Assembly: GCA_003707115.1 (NCBI GenBank)
Contig: PPNB01000040.1
Location: 1-50,620, forward strand
Length of the DNA: 50,620 nucleotides
From: Tortispora ganteri
Taxonomy: Eukaryota
Direction of reading: 5' to 3'
Part shown: piece after piece, positions 10,151-20,247 of the stretch
How positions within the stretch are numbered: position 1 is the first letter of the stretch
Layout of the letters: each line of letters starts with the position of its first letter
Made by a program: the position numbers and the translations under genes
Notes under the pieces: model-generated
What the model was told of the DNA's origin: nothing
Database searches by the model: none
The model's input: only the letters and a program-made list of their open reading frames with translations

Positions 10151-11566
10151 ATGGATAGCGATGATCTGTACGGTGTTTTAGGTCTTGATAATTCTGCCTC
10201 TTTTGATGAAATCCGCAAGGCATATCGACGCGCGGCTCTCCACTGCCACCCCGATAAGGTGCCTGCCTCAGAACGAGGGTTTGCAGAACACCAGTTCAAG
10301 AAAGTCGCTCATGCTTACGAAATTTTGAGCGACCCGGACAAACGCAGTTTTTACGACGAACGTGGAGACAATACGGAAGACTTCTTTTATTCACCACAAC
10401 ATGACGAAGAGTTCCAGTTTCACTACAATACTGCAAATACTGGAGCATACAACTACTCTAACTTCCGATTTGCTTTTAGCAAGCCGCCGCGAACGCGCGA
10501 CGCACATATTGATCTTGCTGTTTCATTGGAAGATTTATACCGTGGACGCACGTTTAAGCTTGCCTCTTGCCGTTTAGTGCTCTGTAAGCGGTGCAAGGGC
10601 CGTGGAACCAATTCTTTGCGCCAAAAAGCCCACAAATGCATGGCATGTAACGGTCTAGGACATAGAGATGCCTATACACATATATCAAGGGGCGTACTAG
10701 CGCACACATATGTATCGTGTGGCGTTTGTAACGGCGAGGGACAAATCTTCGACTCAGAGCAAAGATGCAAGCGATGCCGCGGCGAAAAGACCGTGAAGGA
10801 AAGGTCTGTGCTTGAAGTGTATGTATGGCCCGGTGCCGCCTACGGTGATGAAATACGAATAGCAGGTATGTCTGATGAACAACTGGGATGTGAAACGGGA
10901 GACATTATTTTGACACTTCAACCTAAAGAGATGCAGTCGGATAACGCAAGGCGACTTACGCGCAAAGGCTCTAATTTGTACACTACTGTGCGGATAGGTT
11001 TAGGTGAAGCATTGTTGGGCGTGAACAGAGTAGTGCTGACTCATTTGGATGGAAGATTACTACGAATGAACACGGCGGGTAAGACCGTCTCGTCTGGGCA
11101 GATAATGGTTATAAAGGGTGAAGGAATGCCTGTTCCCGGTACTACTGACTTTGGAGACCTGTTCATATCTATGGAAGTCGTTATACCCGGCGAGGAATGG
11201 ATACAGGACCCGCACATTCGGGAAGCATTGGCGCAACTGCCGATTCCGGATGCTTATGAGCCTCCTAAACCTGAAGAGGATCCGAGCAAGGGCAAGTGGT
11301 GGTACCACGACTCGCGAAATAGCGGACGTAAAGAATATGGGAATGAGCCGAGATCGCGGTCTGCGGCGTCAACGTCGACTTCGGATTCGTCGTCATCGGA
11401 TTCGGATTCGTCAATCAAGAACAAAGGAGGCAGCTCGGTGTACGTTGACGCGAACGAGGTAGTTATGGAGGTTGATGCCTGTTTGGAGCCTGAAGATGCA
11501 CCATTTGATTTCGATACGAGTGACGACGAAAGGTTAGCTGATGGGTACTCGTGTCACCCGCAATAG
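10151..11566 (+). CDS. XDJ1: Class A DnaJ/Hsp40 co-chaperone (Ydj1/Xdj1 family, probably Xdj1-like)
   Basis: J-domain with HPD, four CxxCxGx(G) zinc-finger repeats, GEGMP...GDLFI C-domain and a terminal CaaX-like CHPQ. Exact paralog is uncertain. Confidence 0.7.
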   Translation: MDSDDLYGVLGLDNSASFDEIRKAYRRAALHCHPDKVPASERGFAEHQFKKVAHAYEILSDPDKRSFYDERGDNTEDFFYSPQHDEEFQFHYNTANTGAYNYSNFRFAFSKPPRTRDAHIDLAVSLEDLYRGRTFKLASCRLVLCKRCKGRGTNSLRQKAHKCMACNGLGHRDAYTHISRGVLAHTYVSCGVCNGEGQIFDSEQRCKRCRGEKTVKERSVLEVYVWPGAAYGDEIRIAGMSDEQLGCETGDIILTLQPKEMQSDNARRLTRKGSNLYTTVRIGLGEALLGVNRVVLTHLDGRLLRMNTAGKTVSSGQIMVIKGEGMPVPGTTDFGDLFISMEVVIPGEEWIQDPHIREALAQLPIPDAYEPPKPEEDPSKGKWWYHDSRNSGRKEYGNEPRSRSAASTSTSDSSSSDSDSSIKNKGGSSVYVDANEVVMEVDACLEPEDAPFDFDTSDDERLADGYSCHPQ

Positions 11567-11699
11567 CGCAAGAATAAGAACAATGACAAATTAAGAACGT
11601 GCACAGTATGTGCTTGAACGGAGATATGTATGAATATTGAAACGGCATACGGTTAATAGGTACTTTTTATAATGTTATAAGCGAGCGCAGGGCGTAGAG

Positions 11700-12437
11700 T
11701 CATAAACGAGCGATTTCATCTGGAGTGAGTACGTTGTCGAAGCGAAGAGTGACGTCTTTACGGACCACACGTTTTTCCGGTAACTTGCCGCGTTTGTGGA
11801 GCAACGTGATAAGGTCCTCGTCACCTATAGTGCGACTCACTGGAAAAGCGGGTTCGCGACCTATAAGTATTCTGGCAGTGTCGAGGAGAATTCTGGCGGT
11901 GAGCCCCCAGATCTCGTAGCCGGATGGGGTAGTAAATGTGTGCATGCGATAGTTGGGCATTCCGCTCCAGTCTGTGACCTTGCAGGAGTACCAGTTCGGG
12001 TAAGCGTCTGGCACTAAAAGGTCGTCTAAGGCGCAGCTGAAGGCGGACTCGACTTCGTCCGGGTTTAATATGAGATTGAGATCAACCGGGATGCCGCGAG
12101 AATCAAGCTCAGGTCGGGCACCTGACAGGAACATGAGTGCAGGCCGCACAGCTAACAGGTTCCTACTGAGGTATGGAGGCAAAAGATCTAATGGTACAAC
12201 ACCATCCTTGACACCTATTTCCTCGAAGGCCTCGCGTTTTGCGGTAGCGAATGCTGCGGAGTCGCCTACACCGTCTTCAGGATCACACTTGCCCCCCGGC
12301 AGCGCAACATGGCCTGCAAATGAGCCCAGATTTTTGGCGCGTCGTGTAAGAACGACATGATACTTCTGTCTGGATCGGAAGAGGAGGACCATCACAGCGG
12401 CCCGGCGCGTTATAGGAAGCTCTGACCATATAGACAT
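11700..12437 (-). CDS. PCD1: Peroxisomal CoA diphosphatase (Nudix, NUDT7/Pcd1 family)
   Basis: VLTRRAKNLGSFAGHVALPGG NuCoA motif, Nudix box AKREAFEEIG, IWGLTARIL and C-terminal PTS1-like ARL. Confidence 0.9.
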   Translation of the reverse strand: MSIWSELPITRRAAVMVLLFRSRQKYHVVLTRRAKNLGSFAGHVALPGGKCDPEDGVGDSAAFATAKREAFEEIGVKDGVVPLDLLPPYLSRNLLAVRPALMFLSGARPELDSRGIPVDLNLILNPDEVESAFSCALDDLLVPDAYPNWYSCKVTDWSGMPNYRMHTFTTPSGYEIWGLTARILLDTARILIGREPAFPVSRTIGDEDLITLLHKRGKLPEKRVVRKDVTLRFDNVLTPDEIARL

Positions 12438-12583
12438 GACTCACTGATCCATATATTGGGAAGGAGGAGGGGGTTTGTCGAGGTTGGGATGTTAAGGATC
12501 TACCAGTTTAGCTTAGTTAGGCTATATCGGGGATAATGAAGTCAAGGTAAAACTACTAGGAGTAAAATAACCCAAATAAATAA

Positions 12584-12847
12584 TTAGGCGCCGTATTTGG
12601 CAACAAGTGAATCGACAAGCTCAATATACTTTTGTTCGGCCTCTTCAGAGGATGTACCGCGTAATGCGTCCCACGCTTGCCACTTGTACTTTCCCTTGAA
12701 GTCAAACGTGCCAGGTTTTGGGGTGTCATTGTCGCCAATTGTAGCCTGCTTGTAAAGACCATACAGCTCGAGTAACTCGTCATCATTTGGCTTATTAGGC
12801 AGATTCTTCACTTTCTCAGCGTGCTCTTCGAATTCTTTGGAAACCAT
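12584..12847 (-). CDS. ACB1: Acyl-CoA-binding protein
   Basis: 87 aa with LLELYGLYKQATIGD and FDFKGKYKWQAW. Confidence 0.97.
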   Translation of the reverse strand: MVSKEFEEHAEKVKNLPNKPNDDELLELYGLYKQATIGDNDTPKPGTFDFKGKYKWQAWDALRGTSSEEAEQKYIELVDSLVAKYGA

Positions 12848-12999
12848 TGTTGAGTCAGGAGCTACAATGGTGCTAAAGTCTTACAAGTACAAATATACTA
12901 GTGGGTGGCAGGGTAACAGTCTACGCAGTCACATGAAAACAAATACAAATTGTAAATACTAAAGGAAAGAGCTTTGTGAGAAATTTTTAAAAGGCTTTT

Positions 13000-13329
13000 T
13001 TAAAAACTTATGGAATCAGTCGAGTTGTTTTGAGATGTATTCAGTGCGCTCTCGAGTACTTTGATGGCCTCATAAGCGTCTTCAGCAGTCTCAAACTCGA
13101 TGCCTTCTGCTCTCTGCAAACGCATAGCAGTAATAACATCGTCACTGTCGTCATCTGCCACCCACTGTGTCACGTTCATAACCAGATACTTTGGTCTGAA
13201 TGTTCTTCCGTTTACTTCGATGCTGTTGTCACTTTGTACGATTACGTCTTCGGTGACATTTTGGCTGATAAACACCCCACTGCAATATACAGCTGTTGCT
13301 AGCGCCGTCAATACGATCACTGGTCTCAT
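13000..13329 (-). CDS. Small acidic secreted orphan glycoprotein, 109 aa
   Basis: Signal-peptide-like N-terminus MRPVIVLTALATAVYC, several N-X-S/T sequons, and TATAAA about 40 nt upstream. Confidence 0.7.
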   Translation of the reverse strand: MRPVIVLTALATAVYCSGVFISQNVTEDVIVQSDNSIEVNGRTFRPKYLVMNVTQWVADDDSDDVITAMRLQRAEGIEFETAEDAYEAIKVLESALNTSQNNSTDSISF

Positions 13330-13566
13330 ATTTACTTATGTCAGATCTCTTTGACATTATAGCCCCATATTTATATTTTTTCACTTGATATGACCGAACT
13401 TGCCTCTTTTGTAATACTCGCCTACGCTTTCCATACTTGGTCGTTACACATTTATGTACATATGGACCCTTGTCTCTGCGCGCTCATTATAGTGCTCTAT
13501 ATCGAGATAACCTACTATTGTAAAGTTCAGGTTCAAAATTACTATTGTGTACAGCTAAATATATCT

Positions 13567-14568
13567 TTAAGTCTGAGGATCTGGCAGTACTCGTGGAATT
13601 TCAAACGGTTTGCTAGTGGAGGAGTTCGTATCGGCCTCATTGCAATCGTCTGAACTGCCCTCTTCGTTAACGAGCTCGGCTTCAGGCTCATTCGGTTCAT
13701 TCGGCTCTTTTGTTTCTGCATTTTCGTCGACACTACTAGGCACTTCATCCTCCATCTCATCCTCATTTTCATCGACACTACTAGGCACTTCATCCTCCTT
13801 CTCATCGCCGTAAGTGTCCTGCTGAAGAAGTTTCTTGAACTCGTTTGCCGAGTACAACGCTCCAGATCCAATTGACACTATTGTCGACGCCAGCCCTAAT
13901 GGGTCGGCCAGGTACGATACGCGGTTGTTTGCACCTGGAGCAGGCAGATTAGACGTGCCGTCGTCCCCAGCTACCGAATTAGAACCTTTAAGTGGAGATG
14001 CCGTGCCGCTTCCCATATCAAACGAATACACTGGTCCATCTACCGTCTGGTGCTCGCGAAGCATGCTAAATCCTTGTTTTTTGGGCTCAGCTGGTGCAAT
14101 ATTATCTGCTTTTTCTTTCTGTGCAAGCTTTTCAGTTTTCTCGTGATAAGTCTGCTGGATCTTTTCCGCTTTCTGCTGAGCTTTCTTTGCTTTCTGCTGA
14201 GCTTTCTGTGCCTCTTTCTTTGCATTTACAGCTTCTTTTTGAGCTTGTTTTGCGCTCTTCTGGGCATCCTTTGTTTTAGCACGTAGCTTTACGGAGCTTG
14301 GTCGACGTGGAGTAGTCACTTTTCTTATAACAGACTTGGCCTTGTGTTTCATCAATGGACGTCCAATACGACCCGCGAGATTCATCAAAAACGACCTTCT
14401 GTCGTTTTGGTGCAACTCCTGCACTGGCATGCTGAACACTTCTTTGGAGTCTAGAGTAATATATTTTTGCTCAACGATAGTGCTGTTATGCGTGACGTTC
14501 AGGTACTGCTGCAGCACTGGAGCACCATGACAATATAGTCCAAATAACACCAAACTGACTAGTTTCAT
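13567..14568 (-). CDS. Secreted orphan precursor-like protein, 333 aa (cationic N-half, acidic C-tail)
   Basis: Signal-peptide-like MKLVSLVLFGLYCHG starting at ATG 14568, TATAAA about 43 nt upstream, dibasic RR sites, a K/Q/A coiled coil and an acidic repeat tail. Confidence 0.75.
   Translation of the reverse strand: MKLVSLVLFGLYCHGAPVLQQYLNVTHNSTIVEQKYITLDSKEVFSMPVQELHQNDRRSFLMNLAGRIGRPLMKHKAKSVIRKVTTPRRPSSVKLRAKTKDAQKSAKQAQKEAVNAKKEAQKAQQKAKKAQQKAEKIQQTYHEKTEKLAQKEKADNIAPAEPKKQGFSMLREHQTVDGPVYSFDMGSGTASPLKGSNSVAGDDGTSNLPAPGANNRVSYLADPLGLASTIVSIGSGALYSANEFKKLLQQDTYGDEKEDEVPSSVDENEDEMEDEVPSSVDENAETKEPNEPNEPEAELVNEEGSSDDCNEADTNSSTSKPFEIPRVLPDPQT
13719..13808 (-). repeat. Two 45-nt in-frame tandem copies encoding (K/M)EDEVPSSVDEN
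   Basis: 13719-13763 and 13764-13808 are near-identical. Confidence 0.9.
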
Positions 14569-14888
14569 GATGAATTTAATTACTCTACTAATGAGGTGCA
14601 TGAATACATATTTATAATAACTACTGGAGCTTGATATGTCTTCAAAAGGCAGTTGTTTTTAGTAACATAGGGCCCTTTCTATAGTGATCACAGTGTATTA
14701 TATACCTAAACGGTAATAGGATCCTCTACATCCGGCGGTCACCACATACGCGATTTGGACGCTGCTGCCGATTCTCTACATTTACTGGCACTATGAGAGC
14801 TACTAAATCGAATTGTTTACGTATATATCCGAGTTTTAGACATTTTCTACAGTCCTGACTCTGACGTATACCTGCCACATAATATTGA

Positions 14889-14899
14889 CCAATCACAGA
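14889..14899 (+). promoter_or_regulatory. CCAAT box (Hap2/3/5-type) upstream of the complex I subunit gene
   Basis: CCAATCACAGA about 70 nt upstream of ATG 14968, with a TATA-like ATATAA just downstream. Confidence 0.5.
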
Positions 14900-14967
14900 C
14901 GCTGTAAGTCATATAACCCAAGATACACAACTTTACATACTGTTAACTTGGATCTCGACAATTAACA

Positions 14968-15357
14968 ATGAGAGGATCGCTAGTCTTCAGAAATATTAAA
15001 GTACGTGCTACTTCTGGAGCCAAGACTGGTTTAACTGGTATCTATGCTCACCCAGAACCACGTCCTGCGCTTTTAAGTCTTTATTCTCAGACGCTTAAGT
15101 CGCTCGAGGACATCCCGAAAGACTCTGTATACCACAATGCCGTCTACAATTTGACTACACATAGAAAGAAAATTGTAGAAGAGACGGAATCAGTATCTGA
15201 TATTGAACAGAAATTGGGCGACGGGCTAATAGAGGAGCTAATAATTTCAGCTGATAAAGAATTAAAACTCCTTGAGCGCATGAAAGAGTTCAAACCTTGG
15301 GATCCGCTTGTTGAAGAGCCGCCAGCGGACCAATGGAAGTACAATACTCACGACTAA
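14968..15357 (+). CDS. NDUFA5: NADH:ubiquinone oxidoreductase accessory subunit NDUFA5 (B13/NUFM)
   Basis: KTGLTGIYAHPEPRPALLSLY, IEQKLGDGLIEELIISADKELKL and KPWDPLVEEPPADQW. Confidence 0.92.
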   Translation: MRGSLVFRNIKVRATSGAKTGLTGIYAHPEPRPALLSLYSQTLKSLEDIPKDSVYHNAVYNLTTHRKKIVEETESVSDIEQKLGDGLIEELIISADKELKLLERMKEFKPWDPLVEEPPADQWKYNTHD

Positions 15358-15413
15358 TTATATTACGCGTAAAAACAAAAAGACGTACGTATAGTGTAGG
15401 TTAGATGAGGTAA

Positions 15414-16970
15414 TTACCAATCAATATCGTCGTCGTCCTCTTCGTTATCGCTTGCCGGGTCGTTAATGATTAGGTCAGACGGGCCACGTAACTCTTCGGT
15501 CATGCCGAACGCAGCTCTAACGGCCTTATTGGTTGCAGTATCCCATAACTTTACTAATCCGTTGCTGCCACCAACAGCCAGCGTTCCGCCAACTTCAGGG
15601 TCAGGCCCAAACGATGCGCTGAATACTTTGCCGACGTCCAGGTCGCGCGAGAGGATCATGCTGGGCTCGCCGTCGCTCGGGATTTTCCAGAGTTTGATCT
15701 TCCTGTCCGAGGACCCTGTGGCAAACAGACCAGGTATATGAATAGACGCCGCAAACACAGAAACAGGTGCCGCATCGTGCGCCTGCAGCGACCAGATGCT
15801 CTTCTTTGGTTGCCGTACATCATAATATCCAACCTTTCCAGACTCGTCACCGACGTAGAAATGATATTCAGACTGCAAATCCCACTGTATAGACTCTATG
15901 TCTTCGCCTATGGAAACTTTGATTTTGTCCTTGCTTGGATCATTGGAGCGGACGTCAGTCACACACACGTTCTTGTCAAAGGATCCAGACAGCAGAACAG
16001 TGTCATTCTGACCATGCGGCGACCATTGGACAGCACAAATTTTATTTTTATGGACCTTGTCAAGCGAGCTGACCGCCGTTAAAGTTTTGAGGTCCCAGAT
16101 CTTGATGGTTTCGTCAGCCGATCCAGATGCAAGAAAGTTTCGGTGGTGTATATTAGAAGAGAGTGAAAGCACTGAATCAGTGTGATGGTTTGGATTCTTA
16201 CCATGTGAAAAAATTTTTGTATTCTTCTTTTTCAAATTTTTGGACTGCGGATCAGAATCTCCGCCTAGAATAGCATCTGGGAAAGCAGAGTCCACAACGT
16301 CTAAGTTCCATATCTCAATTTCAGGCTCAAATGTACTAACGGCAACGAAATTATTGCCAGTTCCGGTGTCACCTTCTACCTTAAAGCGGCTCTCAACGCT
16401 AAAACTGACCGGTTCAAGACAGAGTGGAAATGAGGGCAGCAGAAAGTCATGGTGTACATAGAACCCGCCAGCGTCAGGACTGTTGTCGTATACCATAACT
16501 TCAACTTGTGAAACTTCGTCTTTTGTTTTAGCAACTAAAACCATATTGTCCGTAGGCAAAATGCGTAACTGCTTGTGCTCCTCTTCCTCTTCTTCTTTAA
16601 GATCTTTAAGAGTTACATAAGGATCCTCGTCTTCTGGGCCGTAATATTGTAAAGACCTAAAGTTTCCAAAGATACCCATACTTTGAGTGCCTACATGCGA
16701 TTCTTCTTTGTCATAGTCTTCCATATTGTACTCTTTTAGATCGTCATCATTTTCTATAGGTTTATCGACCTCGGTTTCCGCGTCATCAGTATCCATGTCA
16801 TCATCGGATTTGGCATCTTCCTTCGCAGCATCATTCATCTCGTCCAAGGCTATATCCATCTCCATTTTAGCCATACTTGTGATCCTCTCCATTTCTTCAT
16901 CATTAATCTGATACTTCGTTGGATACTCCGCTGGCAGTCCGCGACGGACCCATGCCGTAGAGGAAATCAT
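15414..16970 (-). CDS. PWP1: Periodic tryptophan protein 1 (WD40, ribosome biogenesis)
   Basis: MISSTAWVRRG start, acidic N-terminus, YVHHDFLLPSFPLCLE, EPEIEIWNLDVVD and WD repeats. Confidence 0.93.
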   Translation of the reverse strand: MISSTAWVRRGLPAEYPTKYQINDEEMERITSMAKMEMDIALDEMNDAAKEDAKSDDDMDTDDAETEVDKPIENDDDLKEYNMEDYDKEESHVGTQSMGIFGNFRSLQYYGPEDEDPYVTLKDLKEEEEEEHKQLRILPTDNMVLVAKTKDEVSQVEVMVYDNSPDAGGFYVHHDFLLPSFPLCLEPVSFSVESRFKVEGDTGTGNNFVAVSTFEPEIEIWNLDVVDSAFPDAILGGDSDPQSKNLKKKNTKIFSHGKNPNHHTDSVLSLSSNIHHRNFLASGSADETIKIWDLKTLTAVSSLDKVHKNKICAVQWSPHGQNDTVLLSGSFDKNVCVTDVRSNDPSKDKIKVSIGEDIESIQWDLQSEYHFYVGDESGKVGYYDVRQPKKSIWSLQAHDAAPVSVFAASIHIPGLFATGSSDRKIKLWKIPSDGEPSMILSRDLDVGKVFSASFGPDPEVGGTLAVGGSNGLVKLWDTATNKAVRAAFGMTEELRGPSDLIINDPASDNEEDDDDIDW

Positions 16971-17214
16971 TAAAGCGGTAGTGAAAAGCTGAGGTTTTTT
17001 TTCCCTTGGGACAATATAAGCCACATGCAAACTTTTTACCTACCTTTTTTCTTTTCACCACCATCCCATATGTATGTAAGTATACTATACGGGTTATGAT
17101 GTTTAGCAAATAAAAAATAAACGATAGGAAAAGCCGTGTGAATAAACAATGTGCTCAAATCGCTTCTCTGAACCCATGTAGCGTTCTACGCATTCACTAA
17201 CGCACATAGTTATA

Positions 17215-20200
17215 TCATTCAAATGACATACTGATATCCTCAGACTTCTTGCTCGTAGACTCCCTTGTAGGCGAATTGGTCAGTGGTCTGTCAAAATACA
17301 TGGAAGCTTGACCCAATCGATCATTCCCGAGCCGCAAATCGTTCTTCCGCGTACCGTGGCGCGCAGCTTGGGGCGCAGGCAGAACATTGATCTCCGGCAA
17401 AGAATCGAAACTTCCTCGTATGCTAGACGTTTTCGACGTTTGTGATGCTTGAGACGCTTGAGTGCTCCGTTCGCGTTCCATATCAATAGAACTCAGAGTC
17501 GCAGATGACATGCCCGCTGCACGCATAGTCTTCAATTCGTTTCCAGTATCAAAAGTCATCTCTACGTCCTCCCTGACCTTCCATCTGTGTCGGTTTTCCC
17601 ATTCAGGAAACACAGGTCCGTCATCATCTTCGCTAGGGTATGATAACTCGCGCGTAGTTCGATCGTCGTTATCTAAGCCCGTCTCGTTACTCTGAAGCTC
17701 ATCAATGCCTACTTCCTTCACTTTCTTCTCAACAGCGTCGACCTCATGTCTAATAGCATCTAGATCAAACATGTCGTCAAGACCGTCCTCATCTGGGGCT
17801 GCTGTTTTTGCTGCAGACTCCGCCGGCTCAGCAGCAGCTATAGTCTCATCCTCAATCTTGTACGACTCGTCGGCCAATTCCATCCACTCATTGCGCTTAT
17901 TGCGTTTAAACCAAGATTTTAACCCCGAAGGCTTCTTCTTCATTGGCGCATTCTTCTGTGCTTCTCGTGCTTCGCCAAATTCATGGAGCAGCTCTCGTTG
18001 CCGTTCTCGTTGCTTGTCAGGATCTGGATCCTCAATTTCTTCAAACTGATCCGACATAACTCGGAACCCTAGTTCTCGTAGAAGTACAGGCATAGCCTCA
18101 CGGTACGCCATATGGCCACGCACGTGTTCTGAGCAGTTCTTGTTTTCGACACCGTGAACGTTTTTCACTTCGGCAAGTCCTGCAACGCTTCCTATGCCTC
18201 CACCAGTGGCTCTGAAAAGGTACCCCAGAACCCAATCCGAGCTCGAGTATCCATTCACAAATCGACCACTAACAACTGACCGCGCCATTACAAGCTGATC
18301 GTGCTTCACAACAATAGGTCCGCCAAAAATGAACACGTTTTCCACAAGCCCGTAAGCACTCTTCTTCGATAACTCAATTAAGCAAGAGTAAATAACACGA
18401 GCTCCTAATGAAAATCCAATAAGCGTCACAGGACGCACACCAAGGTTTCTTTGCATTAAAGTATCGGCGAGAATCAATCCTGCTGACCAGGCTCGATCGA
18501 GAGAAACATTCCATGGGTTGTCCAATATGTACCCTAATTTTGTAAGAACAATTGGCCACTGGAGTGAAGTCATAAGAGCCGTGAAAGCTGTAGCTTGTAA
18601 AACCTGTTGGATAGATTGTGTTAAAACCTCTGATGCTAAAATATTGATCGTCTGACCCATGCTTTGAAGAATTTCCGGTTCCCATAATACAGAGAATAAA
18701 TCGCCCATTAGCGGGTCAACAGTAGAAAAAGGCAATCGCACATCATCCTGCTTTCCGACAACCCATCCAGAAACAGTGAGAATTAGATTGACCCTATTGC
18801 TATTGTATAGAGGAGTGAACTCAAATGTTTTAACATGGCGCATTCTATTTGTCATACCACGAGAACCAATTCCGGCCCCTATTGTAGCGCCAGTTGTAGT
18901 AACGACGGCTGCACCACCTGCTCCTGCCAAGAAGCCAGACGTGCCGGTAATTCCAATAGTTGTGAGACCAGCAGCGAGTCCTGTTCCGATCACCGGGGCA
19001 AGAAGTCCTGCAGATAGTCCTAAAACAAGTCCACCACCAAGTGTAGCAATTCCAATATACATATACTTCTTTTTCAGTGCTCTTTTCCTTCTTTCTTCTA
19101 TGATTTGACGTTCGTCTGCGCCTTCAGGCAAACCTTCTTCAATCTGCATTGCATCGGTAACTCTGCGTTCAAATTTGCATATATCCACAGGTCCCACATC
19201 TAGTAGTTTTCCAACATGCATTAACAATGTACGTGACCGTGCATCGTAGACTGATTCTGCAAGCAGTATAAGAAATAGGTCGCATAATACGGTCCATTTG
19301 ACATCTATGTCTAGGGTTCTGGCATTTTGAATCGTTTCAGTGCCTTTGACGTCTGAGAATGTTGTAGGAGTGTCAGCAATAGAGCTAGTGGAGACCGATG
19401 CTACTGAGTCCTTGTAAATATTAGGTGCTGCTCGAGAGTCTATTGATGATGATTGTGACGAAACAGTAGCACTTCGCGGTTTGTGTATTGGATTTTCGAC
19501 ATGCGCAGATTTTTTCAGTGACGGCGCCAAGTCTTCGGATTGTATCCCGTGACTCGATAACCGCTCAAACATTTTTTGTTCTCTTTCTGATATGTCCAAG
19601 TGGTGATATAAGCGATTAATAATGCGTTGGCTCCATATACCATGAGCTCGCTGTGCGACATTTAGGTACCGTGAAGACTTTTTACCACCAATCAGATGAG
19701 CCAAGTCTGCAGCCATTTCATCCATAGCAACTTTACAAAGACCAACGTATGCAAATTTTTCTGAATCAGAGAGGAGTTCTTTAGTCATTTGCATTTGTTC
19801 AAGTGTCGATCTCTCCAGTTCGTCATTGGCATTACCGAGCAAGAATTCAGTATCTTCCTCGATAGCGGTCATATCTTCAGCCTCATCTTCAGCTAGGCAT
19901 ACTCTTGTGTATCCTTTTGAGTTCTTTGACTCTTCAGGAGCAGTTGCCTCGGCTATTAAATTGCCTTCATCGTCGTAGAGATCATATGAGGTCTCAATAG
20001 GCATCGGTTGCCAGTCGTCAAAACCTACAGTGTCGCTACTAATAGATTCCATACGAGAATGACTCGGAATAACAGTAGTTTGTGATATTTTTGAAGCGCG
20101 TGATTCTTCTTTTTTATGTGTTCTCAGCGTCGGAGTTTGATCGAGCGTTATGTCAAGTGAATCTTCAGTCTGACCGGATTTTCCCTCAGAGACGCCCAGC

Positions 20201-20247
20201 ATAGTTATATCGCCTTCGTCTGTAGGGCCATCAGTACCATTTATCAT
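17215..20247 (-). CDS. MIL1: DUF726/TMCO4-family membrane protein with alpha/beta-hydrolase motif (Mil1/YFL034W-like)
   Basis: DIDVKWTVLCDLFLILLAESVYDARSR, Gly-rich hydrophobic segments, RPVTLIGFSLGARVI (GxSxG), and an N-terminal WQPMP motif. Confidence 0.85.
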   Translation of the reverse strand: MINGTDGPTDEGDITMLGVSEGKSGQTEDSLDITLDQTPTLRTHKKEESRASKISQTTVIPSHSRMESISSDTVGFDDWQPMPIETSYDLYDDEGNLIAEATAPEESKNSKGYTRVCLAEDEAEDMTAIEEDTEFLLGNANDELERSTLEQMQMTKELLSDSEKFAYVGLCKVAMDEMAADLAHLIGGKKSSRYLNVAQRAHGIWSQRIINRLYHHLDISEREQKMFERLSSHGIQSEDLAPSLKKSAHVENPIHKPRSATVSSQSSSIDSRAAPNIYKDSVASVSTSSIADTPTTFSDVKGTETIQNARTLDIDVKWTVLCDLFLILLAESVYDARSRTLLMHVGKLLDVGPVDICKFERRVTDAMQIEEGLPEGADERQIIEERRKRALKKKYMYIGIATLGGGLVLGLSAGLLAPVIGTGLAAGLTTIGITGTSGFLAGAGGAAVVTTTGATIGAGIGSRGMTNRMRHVKTFEFTPLYNSNRVNLILTVSGWVVGKQDDVRLPFSTVDPLMGDLFSVLWEPEILQSMGQTINILASEVLTQSIQQVLQATAFTALMTSLQWPIVLTKLGYILDNPWNVSLDRAWSAGLILADTLMQRNLGVRPVTLIGFSLGARVIYSCLIELSKKSAYGLVENVFIFGGPIVVKHDQLVMARSVVSGRFVNGYSSSDWVLGYLFRATGGGIGSVAGLAEVKNVHGVENKNCSEHVRGHMAYREAMPVLLRELGFRVMSDQFEEIEDPDPDKQRERQRELLHEFGEAREAQKNAPMKKKPSGLKSWFKRNKRNEWMELADESYKIEDETIAAAEPAESAAKTAAPDEDGLDDMFDLDAIRHEVDAVEKKVKEVGIDELQSNETGLDNDDRTTRELSYPSEDDDGPVFPEWENRHRWKVREDVEMTFDTGNELKTMRAAGMSSATLSSIDMERERSTQASQASQTSKTSSIRGSFDSLPEINVLPAPQAARHGTRKNDLRLGNDRLGQASMYFDRPLTNSPTRESTSKKSEDISMSFE

